Source: Candidatus Eiseniibacteriota bacterium
Lineage (GTDB): Bacteria > Eisenbacteria > RBG-16-71-46
Direction of reading: 5' to 3'
DNA: 64,000 nucleotides
Assembly: GCA_963725865.1 (NCBI GenBank)
Contig: CAVSAC010000012.1
Location: forward strand, 480,001 to 544,000
Both the position numbers and the translations under genes were made by a program. Below are positions 17,914 to 27,683 of the stretch, in pieces. How positions within the stretch are numbered: position 1 is the first letter of the stretch; every line of letters begins with the position of its first letter. The notes under the pieces were generated by a model. The model saw nothing but the letters and a program-made list of their open reading frames with translations, did no database searches and was not told the origin of the DNA.

Positions 17914-20900
17914 ACCTCTCGGGACTGTTCATCCGGAGGCCGATCGCCACCACGCTGATCATGGTGGGAGTGTTGTTCTTCGGCATGGTGGGCTATTCCA
18001 GGCTGCCGCTGAGCGACCTGCCCAACGTCGACTACCCCATCATCTCGGTGAACGCCAGCCTGCCCGGGGCGAGCCCCGAGACCATGGCGTCCGCGGTCGC
18101 CACGCCGCTCGAGAAGCAGTTCTCGACCATCCCCGGCCTCGAGGTGATGACCTCCTCGTCGAGCCAGGGCAGCACCAGTATCACGCTCCAGTTCACGCTC
18201 GAGCGCGAGATCGACGCCGCGGCGCAGGACGTGCAGTCGGCGATCGCGCAGACACTGCGGCGGCTGCCCTCGGGCATCCTCGCGCCGTCCTACCAGAAGG
18301 TGAACCCGGCCGGCGCCCCCATCCTGATGGTCGGTCTGACGTCGTCGATGATGTCGCTGCAGGATCTCGACGAGTACGCCGAGAACTTCCTGGCGCAACG
18401 GATCTCGATGGTCGACGGCGTGGCGCAGGTGCAGGTGTTCGGCGCGCAGAAGTACGCGGTGCGCGTGCGGCTCAACCCGCACGCACTCAACGCGCGCCAG
18501 GTCGGCATCGACGAGGTCGCGAGCGCGATCAACAGCGGCAACGTCAACCTGCCGACCGGCATCCTGTGGGGCCCCAACCGCACCGCCACCGTCCAGGTCA
18601 ACGGCCAGCTACAGAACGCGAAGGACTTCGGCAACCTGATCGTGTCGTGGCGCGACGGCGCGCCGGTACGGGTGCGCGACCTGGGCGAGGTGATCGACGA
18701 CGTTCAGAACAACCGGGCCGTCAGCTGGGCGCACGGCCAGCGCTCCATCGTGCTCGCGATCCAGCGCCAGCCCGGCACCAACACCGTCGAGGTCGCCGAC
18801 CGGGTGCAAGCGCTGCTCAAGCGGCTTCGGCCCCAGCTGCCCACGTCGGTGGAGATGTTCCCGCTCTACGACCGCTCGATCTCGATCCGCAACTCGGTCA
18901 CGGACGTGCAGTTCACGCTGCTGCTCACGTTCGCGCTGGTGGTGCTGGTCATCTTCCTGTTCCTGAAGAACCTCTCCGCCACCGTGATCCCGAGCCTGGC
19001 GCTGCCGCTGTCGGTGGTGGGCACGTTCGCGGTGATGAGCCGCATGGGCTACAACCTCGACAACCTCTCGCTGATGGCGCTCACGCTCTCGGTCGGCTTC
19101 GTGGTCGACGACGCCATCGTGATGCTCGAGAACATCCACCGGCACCTCGAGCTGGGCAAGCCGCCGCTGCGCGCAGCGCTCGACGGCTCGCGCGAGATCG
19201 GCTTCACCATCCTGTCGATGACGCTGTCGCTGGTGGCGGTGTTCATCCCCGTGCTGTTCATGGGCGGACTGCTGGGCCGGCTGTTCCACGAGTTCGCGGT
19301 CACCATCAGCGCCGCCATCCTGGTCTCGGGCTTCGTCTCGCTCACCCTGACGCCCATGCTGTGCAGCCGCTTCCTCAAGGCCGAGCACGGCCAGCAGCGC
19401 CACGGCCGGTTCTACCGCGTGACCGAGGCCGGCTATCAGGCCATGCTCGGCTTCTACATGCGCACGCTCGGCTGGGTGATGGACCACCGCCGTAGCGCGC
19501 TGGCGTTCTCGGCCGCGATCCTGGTGGCCACGGTGGCGCTGTTCGGCATCGTGCCCAAGGGCTTCGTGCCGAGCGAGGACACCGGCCAGATCCAGGGCAG
19601 TACCGAGACGCCCGAGGGCACCTCGTTCGAATCCATGGTGCGCCATCAGCAGGAGGTGGCGGCGATCGTGGCCAAGGACCCCAACATCCAGGACTTCATG
19701 TCGGCGGCGGGCGGCGGTGGCGGCGGCACCAGCAACACCGGACGACTGTTCATCCGCCTCAAGCCGCGCGCGCAGCGCAAGCTCTCGGCCGACGAGGTCA
19801 TCGCCTCGCTGCAGCCCAAGCTCGCCCGCGTCCCCGGCATCCGCGTCTACCTCAACAACCCGCCGGCCATCCAGGTGGGCGGGCGCGTCGCCAAGAGCCA
19901 GTACCAGTACACGCTCCAGAGCACCGACATGACGGCGCTCTACGATGGCGCCAACACGCTGCTGACGCGGCTGCAGAACGAGCCCGGGCTGCAGGACGTG
20001 AGCAGCGACCTGCAGATCCGCAATCCCCAGGTCCAGGTGGACATCGACCGCGAGCGCGCCGCCGCGGTCGGGGTCACCGTGCTGCAGATCGAGCAGGCGC
20101 TCTACAGCGCCTACGGCTCGGCGCAGGTGTCGACCATCTACACGCCCAACGACCAGTACTGGGTCATCATGGAGCTGATGCCGCAGTTCCAGCGCGATCC
20201 GTCGGCGCTGTCGATCCTGTCGGTGCGCTCGAAGTCGGGCGCGCTGATCCCGCTCGGCGCGGTGGCGCGCCTGTCGCCGGCGGTGGGGCCGCTCTCGGTC
20301 AATCACGCCGGGCAGATCCCGGCGGTGACGCTGTCGTTCAACCTGCGCCCCGGGGTGTCGCTGGGCGAGGGCACCGCGGCGGTCGAGAAGGTGGCGCGCG
20401 AGGTGCTGCCGTCGAGCATCTCCACCAACTTCTTCGGCACCGCCCAGGTGTTCCAGTCGAGCCAGCAGGGCCTGCTGTGGCTGCTGGTGCTCGCGGTGAT
20501 GGTGATCTACCTGGTGCTGGGCGTGCTGTACGAGAGCTTCATCCACCCGCTCACGATCCTGTCCGGCCTGCCGTTCGCGGGCTTCGGGGCGCTGCTCACG
20601 CTGCTGGTGTTCCGCACCGAGCTGGGCGTGTACGCGTTCGTCGGGGTGATCATGCTGGTCGGGCTGGTGAAGAAGAACGCGATCATGATGATCGACTTCG
20701 CGCTCGCCGCCGAGCGCACCGAGGGCAAGCCCCCGCGCGACGCCATCATCGAGGCCTGCAGCATCCGCTTCCGGCCGATCATGATGACCACGATGGCCGC
20801 GCTGATGGGCACGCTGCCGATCGCGATCGGTTTCGGTTCGGGCGCCGAGTCGCGGCGTCCGCTGGGACTGGCGGTGGTGGGCGGGCTGGCGTTCTCGCAG

Positions 20901-21047
20901 ATCGTCACGCTGTACGTGACCCCGGTGTTCTACACCTACCTCGACGCGTTCCAGCGCCGAGTGGGCGGGGGCCGCAAGCGACGCGCGGTGCCGGTCGCGG
21001 AACCGCCGGTCACGCGACCCGTCGAGGGAGCGGCCGCGGGCGCCTGA
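17910..21047 (+). CDS. RND efflux permease (MdtB/MdtC-like)
   Basis: FIRRPIAT, GFVVDDAIVMLENI, GLVKKNAIMMIDFA, RFRPIMMTT; GTG start overlaps the adaptor stop. Confidence 0.95.
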   Translation: MNLSGLFIRRPIATTLIMVGVLFFGMVGYSRLPLSDLPNVDYPIISVNASLPGASPETMASAVATPLEKQFSTIPGLEVMTSSSSQGSTSITLQFTLEREIDAAAQDVQSAIAQTLRRLPSGILAPSYQKVNPAGAPILMVGLTSSMMSLQDLDEYAENFLAQRISMVDGVAQVQVFGAQKYAVRVRLNPHALNARQVGIDEVASAINSGNVNLPTGILWGPNRTATVQVNGQLQNAKDFGNLIVSWRDGAPVRVRDLGEVIDDVQNNRAVSWAHGQRSIVLAIQRQPGTNTVEVADRVQALLKRLRPQLPTSVEMFPLYDRSISIRNSVTDVQFTLLLTFALVVLVIFLFLKNLSATVIPSLALPLSVVGTFAVMSRMGYNLDNLSLMALTLSVGFVVDDAIVMLENIHRHLELGKPPLRAALDGSREIGFTILSMTLSLVAVFIPVLFMGGLLGRLFHEFAVTISAAILVSGFVSLTLTPMLCSRFLKAEHGQQRHGRFYRVTEAGYQAMLGFYMRTLGWVMDHRRSALAFSAAILVATVALFGIVPKGFVPSEDTGQIQGSTETPEGTSFESMVRHQQEVAAIVAKDPNIQDFMSAAGGGGGGTSNTGRLFIRLKPRAQRKLSADEVIASLQPKLARVPGIRVYLNNPPAIQVGGRVAKSQYQYTLQSTDMTALYDGANTLLTRLQNEPGLQDVSSDLQIRNPQVQVDIDRERAAAVGVTVLQIEQALYSAYGSAQVSTIYTPNDQYWVIMELMPQFQRDPSALSILSVRSKSGALIPLGAVARLSPAVGPLSVNHAGQIPAVTLSFNLRPGVSLGEGTAAVEKVAREVLPSSISTNFFGTAQVFQSSQQGLLWLLVLAVMVIYLVLGVLYESFIHPLTILSGLPFAGFGALLTLLVFRTELGVYAFVGVIMLVGLVKKNAIMMIDFALAAERTEGKPPRDAIIEACSIRFRPIMMTTMAALMGTLPIAIGFGSGAESRRPLGLAVVGGLAFSQIVTLYVTPVFYTYLDAFQRRVGGGRKRRAVPVAEPPVTRPVEGAAAGA

Positions 21048-21066
21048 GCGGGCGCGCGGCCGCCGC

Positions 21067-22578
21067 TCAGCGGCGAGAGCGGCGGCCCGCGCGGACCGGA
21101 GCGGTGGCCGGGACCGGGGCCGGCGCCACCGGCGGAGCTGCCGGCGAGGTCAGCGTGTCCGCGGGAGGCACCCGGCGGGCGTAGAGCACGTAGCCGTCGG
21201 CGTTCCCGCGCTTCTCGTAGCGCTCGCGCAGCGCGGTCACGGCGTCGTCGCCGAGATGGAAGTCGTGGTACCAGCGCGGCGCTCCGGTCTCCAGATCGGT
21301 CTCGAGCACCACCAGGCTCCAGCGCCCTGCCGCGAGGTCGGCCACCATCCGCCGCGCGGCGCGGTCGCCGTCGCGCTCGAGCGAGCGGAACGTGGCGGGG
21401 TCGGCCAGCGGTGAACGGCGGCCCGCGGCCAGCACCACCAGCGGATCCTCCGCGAACACCGATCCAGTGTCGGCGCGCACGGCGGCCAGCACCGCGTCCC
21501 GCCGCGCCGCCGGGTCGTCGGCCTGGCGGTTGAACGACTGCAGATCGCGCCAGCTCGCGGCGCACACGACGACCGTCACCAGCGCCGCCGGCAGCGCGAC
21601 CGCGCGGGCGCCGATGCGCTCGCACCAGATGCCTCCGGCGACCGCCGCGAACGCCGCCAGCTCGATCAGGTGATTGTGATCGGAGCCGCGGTTGCTCAGC
21701 ACCACGAGCGCGAGCGCGAGCGTCGCCACCGCGAACGAACGCACCGGCCGGTGCCGGGTCTCGCGCGACGTCACGAACGCCAGCGCCAGCGCGGCGGCGG
21801 CCGCCAGCTCGGCGAACGCGCCGAGGTAGCGCAGCAGCTCGGCGGGACCGCGCAGCGCGTGCCCGGTGTTGGGCGGTGAGGCGAGCAGGGTGCCGAGCGC
21901 CGAGCTGTACCAGGCGGCACCGTGGAACGGCAGGGTGACGAGCGTGCCGAGTGCCACGAACAACACGAAGCGGGCCACGAAGCGGATCGCCGGGACCGCC
22001 TGCTGCTGGTTCACCGCCCAGATCACGATCGCCACCGGCAGCGTGAGCGTCGAGAGCTTGGTCAGCCAGCCGAGCGCGGCGAGCATCGCGGTGAGCCACC
22101 CGCGCTGCTCGCGGTCGAGGTTCCAGGCGGCGAGCGCCGCGATCGAGCACGCGGCGGCGAGCAGGTCGGCCCGCCCCGCGAGCGAGGCGGCCTTGAACGG
22201 GAATGCGGCGATGATCAGCGCGAGCGCCACCGCCGCCCCCGCCGCGCTCCCACCGGTCGCCACCGCGGCCGCGAACACCGCCGCGAGCAGCGCGACCGCC
22301 GACAACAGCGAGGCCCAGCGCAGCGCGGCGCGCCACGACATGCCGCTGCCGTGCAGCGCCGCCACCAGCAGCGGGAACGGCGGCGCGTAGATCGTGCCGA
22401 GGAACACTCCGCTGCGCTCGGCGCCGGGCGCCTCTTCGTGCAACGTCGCGTCGGCGAGCGCGGCGACCGTGCCGGCGGTGTGGTTCATGCCCGTGTAGCC
22501 GTCCCACGTGCGAACGAGCGAGACGATCCACGCGGTCAGCGCGATCACCAGGACGAGGAGCGCGGAACGGAAGGACAT
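21067..22578 (-). CDS. Polytopic membrane protein, GT-C (ArnT/PMT-like) glycosyltransferase candidate
   Basis: IYAPPFPLL, GRADLLA and WLTK motifs in a multi-TM protein with a soluble C-terminal region. Confidence 0.6.
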   Translation of the reverse strand: MSFRSALLVLVIALTAWIVSLVRTWDGYTGMNHTAGTVAALADATLHEEAPGAERSGVFLGTIYAPPFPLLVAALHGSGMSWRAALRWASLLSAVALLAAVFAAAVATGGSAAGAAVALALIIAAFPFKAASLAGRADLLAAACSIAALAAWNLDREQRGWLTAMLAALGWLTKLSTLTLPVAIVIWAVNQQQAVPAIRFVARFVLFVALGTLVTLPFHGAAWYSSALGTLLASPPNTGHALRGPAELLRYLGAFAELAAAAALALAFVTSRETRHRPVRSFAVATLALALVVLSNRGSDHNHLIELAAFAAVAGGIWCERIGARAVALPAALVTVVVCAASWRDLQSFNRQADDPAARRDAVLAAVRADTGSVFAEDPLVVLAAGRRSPLADPATFRSLERDGDRAARRMVADLAAGRWSLVVLETDLETGAPRWYHDFHLGDDAVTALRERYEKRGNADGYVLYARRVPPADTLTSPAAPPVAPAPVPATAPVRAGRRSRR

Positions 22579-22593
22579 GCTCGCGGGGTCGTG

Positions 22594-23592
22594 CTACCAG
22601 CGCACGGCCGCCGCCCCCCATGCGAAGCCGCTGCCGAAGGCGGCCAGCACCACGAGGTCCCCCGCCTTCACGCGCCCGGCGTCGCGCGCCTCGGTCAGCG
22701 CGATCGGGATGCTGGCGGCGGTGGTGTTGCCGTACCGCTCGATGTTCTGGAACACCTTCTCGGGCGGTAGCCCGAGCCGCTCGCCCACAGCGTCGGCGAT
22801 GCGCTGGTTGGCCTGGTGCGGCACCAGCAGCGCGAGGTCGGAGAGCGAGTGGCCCGCGCGCTCGAGCACCTCGAGGATGACCTCGGGGAACCGCGTAGTG
22901 GCATGCTTGAAGACCTGACGGCCGTTCATGCGCGGGAACTGGCGCCCGGCCGCGAGCATCTCGGGCGTGATACGGCCCGGCACGTTGGAGCTGGGCGCCT
23001 CGCACCAGAGCTCCTGCGCGTGACGGCCCTCGCTGTGGAGCGCCCACGCCAGCACGCCGCGCCCGTCGTCGCAGGGCTCCAGCACCACCGCGCCGGCGCC
23101 GTCGCCGAACAGCACCGCCATGTCGCGGCCCTCGGTGCGCATGTCGAGCCCGGTGCTCTGCACCTCCGCGCCGATCACCAGCACGCAGCGATGGGTGCCG
23201 AGCCGCACGAACGAGTCGGCGACCGCGAGCCCGTACAGGAACCCGCTGCACGCGTTGCGCACGTCGAGCGCGCCCACCGTGCCGAGGCCCAGCGCGTCCT
23301 GCGCCAGCACGCCCGCGCCCGGGAACATGTAGTCGGGGGTGGTGGTGGCGAACACCACGAAATCCACCTCGGCCGGCGTGCGGCCGGCGTCGGCGAGCGC
23401 GCGCCGCGCGGCCTCGACGCCGAGCGCCGAGGCGCCCACGCCGGCGCCCGGCTCGACGAAGTGGCGCTCGCGGATGCCGGTGCGCTCCACGATCCAGGCG
23501 TCGCTCGTGTCCATGATGTGCTCGAGGTCGTGGTTGGTGACCACGCGCTCGGGCACGTGGAACCCGATGCCGGTGATCCGCGATCGCGTCAC
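22594..23592 (-). CDS. fabH: 3-oxoacyl-ACP synthase III
   Basis: DTSDAWIVERTGIRER; catalytic NACSGF, PHQAN and YGNTTAAS; LFGDGAGA. Confidence 0.93.
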   Translation of the reverse strand: MTRSRITGIGFHVPERVVTNHDLEHIMDTSDAWIVERTGIRERHFVEPGAGVGASALGVEAARRALADAGRTPAEVDFVVFATTTPDYMFPGAGVLAQDALGLGTVGALDVRNACSGFLYGLAVADSFVRLGTHRCVLVIGAEVQSTGLDMRTEGRDMAVLFGDGAGAVVLEPCDDGRGVLAWALHSEGRHAQELWCEAPSSNVPGRITPEMLAAGRQFPRMNGRQVFKHATTRFPEVILEVLERAGHSLSDLALLVPHQANQRIADAVGERLGLPPEKVFQNIERYGNTTAASIPIALTEARDAGRVKAGDLVVLAAFGSGFAWGAAAVRW

Positions 23593-23602
23593 GAGGACCT
23601 CC

Positions 23603-24382
23603 TCATCCCGTCGGCCTGAGCAGCGACAGGTACGCGGTCACGAGCGGATCGCCCCACAGGTACGCGGCCAGCGCGGCGGGCGCGAGGAAGGCGCCGAACG
23701 GCAGCTCGGTCCGCAGCTGGCCGCGCCCGCGCGCGATCAGGAGGCCGCCCGTGATGCTGCCCGCCAGCGCGCCGACGAAGATCGCGAGGATGGTCACCCA
23801 CGGCCCCAGCAGCACGCCGAACATGAGGCCGAGTTTGATGTCGCCGAATCCCATGCCATCCACCTTGAGCACCTTCTCCCAGAACAGCAGCAGCAGGAAC
23901 AGCGGCGCCGCGCCCAGCACGGCACCGTACATCCAGAACCGCGGACCCATCGGGAGCGCCGCGATCAGTCCCACGACGAGCCCCGGGAACGTGAGCGCGT
24001 CGGGTAGCAGCTTCTCGTCGAGGTCGATCCAGAACAGGGCGATCAGCAGCACGCCCCACGCCAGCACGAACGGAAGCGTCCAGTCGAGGCCGACGTGCGC
24101 CGCCGCCAGCACCGCCCAGGTCCCACACATCAACTCGGTGAGCGGATAGCGCCACGCGACCCGCGCGCCACAATGGCGGCAGCGCCCGAGCGAGAACGCC
24201 CACGACAGCACCGGCACCAGGTCGAACACGCCGAGCACGTGGCCGCAGCTGGGGCAGCGCGAGCGCCCGTGGACCCACGAGAGCCCGCGCGGAAGTCGGT
24301 AGACGATCGCGGTCACCGCGCTGCCGAGCACCAGACCGAACACGCCCGCGCAGGCGAGCAGATACCACTCGAGGAGGCTCAA
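23603..24382 (-). CDS. pilD: Prepilin peptidase / N-methyltransferase (A24A)
   Basis: RSRCPSC...GRCRHC Zn motif, IDL, LLPD, GMGFGDIKL, PFGAFL; TTG start after GGAG. Confidence 0.93.
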   Translation of the reverse strand: MSLLEWYLLACAGVFGLVLGSAVTAIVYRLPRGLSWVHGRSRCPSCGHVLGVFDLVPVLSWAFSLGRCRHCGARVAWRYPLTELMCGTWAVLAAAHVGLDWTLPFVLAWGVLLIALFWIDLDEKLLPDALTFPGLVVGLIAALPMGPRFWMYGAVLGAAPLFLLLLFWEKVLKVDGMGFGDIKLGLMFGVLLGPWVTILAIFVGALAGSITGGLLIARGRGQLRTELPFGAFLAPAALAAYLWGDPLVTAYLSLLRPTG

Positions 24383-24472
24383 GCGCCACTCCGGACGTTG
24401 AACCGCGGACGCCGGTCGGGCACAATGCTCGTGGCACCACAACCCGCGCCGCAGCCAGGACCCATCGGACCC

Positions 24473-24793
24473 ATGCGCATCGTCCTCTTCCTCGCGATGG
24501 TGGCGAACAGCTTCGATCTGGTCGTCACCTCATTCGGCATCCACTGGTTCGGCAATCGCGAGGGCAACCCGCTGCTGGCCGGCCTCGCCCACCATCACTG
24601 GTGGATGTTCGTCCTGCTCAAGGGCCTGATCATCCCAGCCCTGATCTGGCACCTGTACCGCCGGCGCCGGTCGACCCCCCAGCTGGCGACCGCGGGGCTC
24701 GCCCTGGTGGCCCTGGCCCTCACGATCGCGGTCGGTCAGTGGCTCGGCTGGATGGCGGGCGTGGTCCACGTCGGCCGGCTGCCGGGATTCTGA
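24473..24793 (+). CDS. Small membrane protein, DUF5658-like
   Basis: FDLVVTSFG...REGNPLL...LLK pattern, about 3 TM. Confidence 0.65.
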   Translation: MRIVLFLAMVANSFDLVVTSFGIHWFGNREGNPLLAGLAHHHWWMFVLLKGLIIPALIWHLYRRRRSTPQLATAGLALVALALTIAVGQWLGWMAGVVHVGRLPGF

Positions 24794-24796
24794 TCG

Positions 24797-26062
24797 CTAC
24801 TGCTGGTCGGGCAGGATGCGCGGCGTGACCTCGATGATGAGATCCTTCTTGCTCGTGGTGATGCTCTGGTGCTGGAACAGCCACCCGAGCCCCGGAATCT
24901 GCCCGAGCAGCGGCACCTTGGTCACGTTGACGGTCTTCTCCTCGCTCAGCAGGCCGCCGATGATGACGGAGTTGCCGTCCTTGAGTCGCACGGTGGTCGT
25001 CGCCTGTCGGGTCGAGACCACCGGCAGGTCGGCGAACTGGCCGCGGAAGCCGGTGACGGTCGAGACCTCGGGCGTGATCTCGGTGGTGATGTAGCCGTCG
25101 GCGTTGATGAGCGGCGTGATCCGCAGCTTGATGCCGACCTCTTCCTTCTGGATCGTCTGGGTCTGCGCGCCCGCGCCGCCGGCGAACGTCGTCCCGGTGA
25201 CCACGTACGGGATGCGCTGGCCGATCAGCATCGTCGCTTCCTTGCCGTTGAGCGTGGCGATCTTGGGATTCGCGAGCACGCGCCCGTTGCCCTCGCGCAG
25301 CACCAGGTCGAGCGCGACGTTGAACGCCTTGGCCTGGCGGCTCATGCGGCGCGCCTGATACGCGTCGCCGGTGCCGGGCGAGGACTCGATGTAGGGCATC
25401 GTCGTGGGCGGGGCGTCGATCGGCGAGCTCCCCGGATTGCCCTCCACGATGATGAAGCCCTGGCGGGTGAGCAGGTCCCAATCGAGCCCGAGCTTCTTGG
25501 TGTCGTCGACCGAGACCTCGACGATGCGCGCCTCGAGCATGACCTGGCGCGCAGGAACGTCGAGGCGCTGGACCAGGTTGAGGATCTCCGAGATCACGCG
25601 CGGGCTGGTGAGCACGATCAGCCGGTTGCCGCCGCGATCCACCTCGATCTGGGCGTTCAGGTCCTTGAGCGCCGCCCGGACGTCCTCGGCGTTGGCGTAC
25701 TTGAGATCCACCACGTAGGACGACAGGCCGGTCTCCGCCTGCAGCGAGCGGGCTTCGGCCACCAGGATGCTGTTGCCGATGCGCTCGTACGCGAGGCCCG
25801 CGGCGCGCACCACCAGGTTGACCGCCTGGTCGAGCGGCACGTCCTTCATATGGATCGAGATCCGACCGTTCGCCACTCCCGGACCGGTGACGATGTTCAG
25901 GTCGCCCTTCTCGGCCAGGATCTTGAGCACGCTCGGCAGGTTCGCATCCTCGGCGTCGAGCGAGATGAGCTTGTCTGCGGCCGTCAGCGGCGCTGCGAAG
26001 GCGAGCAGCGCCGCCAGCGCGGCCAGGCTGGCCCGCACGAGCCGACCTCTCGGGATCCTCAC
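24797..26062 (-). CDS. pilQ: Secretin (PilQ/GspD family), short form
   Basis: Signal peptide, N-domains (ISIHMKDVPLDQA, LKYANAEDV), RQVMLEARIVEV, NPKIATLNG, GIKLRITP, KVPLLGQIPGLGWLF. Confidence 0.9.
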   Translation of the reverse strand: MRIPRGRLVRASLAALAALLAFAAPLTAADKLISLDAEDANLPSVLKILAEKGDLNIVTGPGVANGRISIHMKDVPLDQAVNLVVRAAGLAYERIGNSILVAEARSLQAETGLSSYVVDLKYANAEDVRAALKDLNAQIEVDRGGNRLIVLTSPRVISEILNLVQRLDVPARQVMLEARIVEVSVDDTKKLGLDWDLLTRQGFIIVEGNPGSSPIDAPPTTMPYIESSPGTGDAYQARRMSRQAKAFNVALDLVLREGNGRVLANPKIATLNGKEATMLIGQRIPYVVTGTTFAGGAGAQTQTIQKEEVGIKLRITPLINADGYITTEITPEVSTVTGFRGQFADLPVVSTRQATTTVRLKDGNSVIIGGLLSEEKTVNVTKVPLLGQIPGLGWLFQHQSITTSKKDLIIEVTPRILPDQQ

Positions 26063-26065
26063 GCG

Positions 26066-26551
26066 TCATTCTCCTTTCTTGGGCAGCGTGAGGACGATGC
26101 GCTCGCCCCCGCGCTCCAGCAGGACCTGTTCACGGTTGATGCTGACCACGCGGAAGTCCGCGAACAGGGCGTTCTCCCGTACCGAAAAGTCGCGCCCGTT
26201 CCAGCGCACGGTGGCGCGGGGGTCGTTGTCCCACACGATCGAGGTGAGCAGCGGCTTGGGCGGGGGTGGCGGCGGCACCACGCGCGTCACGACGTGCGTG
26301 GTCGTCGTGGTCGTCGCCGCGACGGTGATCGAGAACGGGTCCCGCGCGACCTGGGGCGCGGGCGTGCCACCCACGTCGGCGATCAGACGGTCGAGCGGGG
26401 CATACGGGTCGACCAGGGGTGGACGCGGCTGCTGCAGCCCATGCCGCCACGTACCCGAGGCCAACAGCGCCGAGCGGGTCTGCACCAGCATCACCGCCAG
26501 CAGCACGGTGGCCAGCAACGGCGCGATCAGCCCGCTGGCGTCACGCTTCAT
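26066..26551 (-). CDS. PilP/GspC-like alignment protein
   Basis: N-terminal TM, RDPF motif, Thr/Pro linker, HR-like domain LTSIVWDNDPRATV...VVSINREQVLL; lies between pilO and the secretin. Confidence 0.65.
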   Translation of the reverse strand: MKRDASGLIAPLLATVLLAVMLVQTRSALLASGTWRHGLQQPRPPLVDPYAPLDRLIADVGGTPAPQVARDPFSITVAATTTTTTHVVTRVVPPPPPPKPLLTSIVWDNDPRATVRWNGRDFSVRENALFADFRVVSINREQVLLERGGERIVLTLPKKGE

Positions 26552-27105
26552 CGCCGGCCCCCTTCGCGCTTGAGCACCAGGCGGCTCACCCACGCCTCGA
26601 TCAGCAGGCCGCTGGACTGCGGGGCGAGCGTGAAGCGATCCACCGCGATGAGGTGGGGGCCCCGCGAGAGCGCATCGATGAAACTCACGAACTCGAAGTA
26701 GGTGCCGCGCAGGGTCAGGTGCGCGCGGGCGATCGTCGAGCCCTCCTGCTGGGAGATCGGGCCGGGCTCGGAAGCGAGCACCTCGACTCCACAGCGCTGC
26801 GAGATCGCAGTCATCTCCTCGAGCAGCCGCGCGGCCAGCACTCCGGAGCTGGCCTGCTCGACTGCCGCGGCGGGTGGCATCGAGTTGTCGGTCACGCGCG
26901 CGAACACGCGCGGTGGCAGCACCGGCTCCGGCTGCGCCGGGTCGACCGAGAGCCCGAGCGCCTTCGCGCGGGCCACGGCGCCCTCGTAGCGGCGCATGGC
27001 CGGCATGAACAGGATCTGGTGCGACAGCATGAGAATCACGAACACGATCGTCGCACCGGCCAGGGGCCAGTGCCGGCGGAGGGCGGCGGCCACGAGAGGA
27101 TTCAT
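26548..27105 (-). CDS. PilO/GspM-like protein
   Basis: Single TM then LTLRGTYFEFVSFIDAL...IAVDRFTL; TGATG-coupled to pilN. Confidence 0.75.
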   Translation of the reverse strand: MNPLVAAALRRHWPLAGATIVFVILMLSHQILFMPAMRRYEGAVARAKALGLSVDPAQPEPVLPPRVFARVTDNSMPPAAAVEQASSGVLAARLLEEMTAISQRCGVEVLASEPGPISQQEGSTIARAHLTLRGTYFEFVSFIDALSRGPHLIAVDRFTLAPQSSGLLIEAWVSRLVLKREGGRR

Positions 27106-27683
27106 CAGCGGCACTCGATCGTGAACTCGGTGATGGGATCACCACCGCCGAGGATGCGCGTGGAGGCCAGACGCACCTTGCTGTAGCCGCGGGTGAACGC
27201 GCTGTCGCCGCGCAGCGTGGCTTCGAGGTTCATGACGCTGCGCATGCGGTCCTCGCCGGGCCCGGCGCGCAGCACGCCGGTGATCACGAGCATCTCGGCG
27301 TTCGCCGCGCCTTCGAGTCCCTGCGGGTTCACGGTCGCGGAGGTGAGGCGGGCTTCGGCCGGCAGCAATTTTGCGAGCCGCACCAGCCGATCGCGCCAGT
27401 GCACCGGGTTGCTCAGGAAGCGCTCGATCTGCGCCAGCGACTCGGCCGACAGCCGGGTGTCCGCGGTGGCGCCCTGGATCTGGCGGAGCCGCAGCGCCTG
27501 GCGTTCCACCTCGCCGGCGCGCCGCGTGACCACCGCGCAATTGAGACCGTAGAGCCCCAGCACCACCACGATCGCACCGAAGTAGGCGACCCACAGTCCC
27601 AGCAGGAACACCCGCCGGCGGGCCTTGGCGACGTCGCGCTGATAGGCCTCGCGGCGGAAGTTGATCTGGAACACCGGCATCAT
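27105..27683 (-). CDS. PilN-like protein
   Basis: N-terminal QINF (INLL-like) motif, TM, coiled coil, LAKLLP..ARLT, C-terminal FTIEC; ATGA overlap with pilM. Confidence 0.75.
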   Translation of the reverse strand: MMPVFQINFRREAYQRDVAKARRRVFLLGLWVAYFGAIVVVLGLYGLNCAVVTRRAGEVERQALRLRQIQGATADTRLSAESLAQIERFLSNPVHWRDRLVRLAKLLPAEARLTSATVNPQGLEGAANAEMLVITGVLRAGPGEDRMRSVMNLEATLRGDSAFTRGYSKVRLASTRILGGGDPITEFTIECR

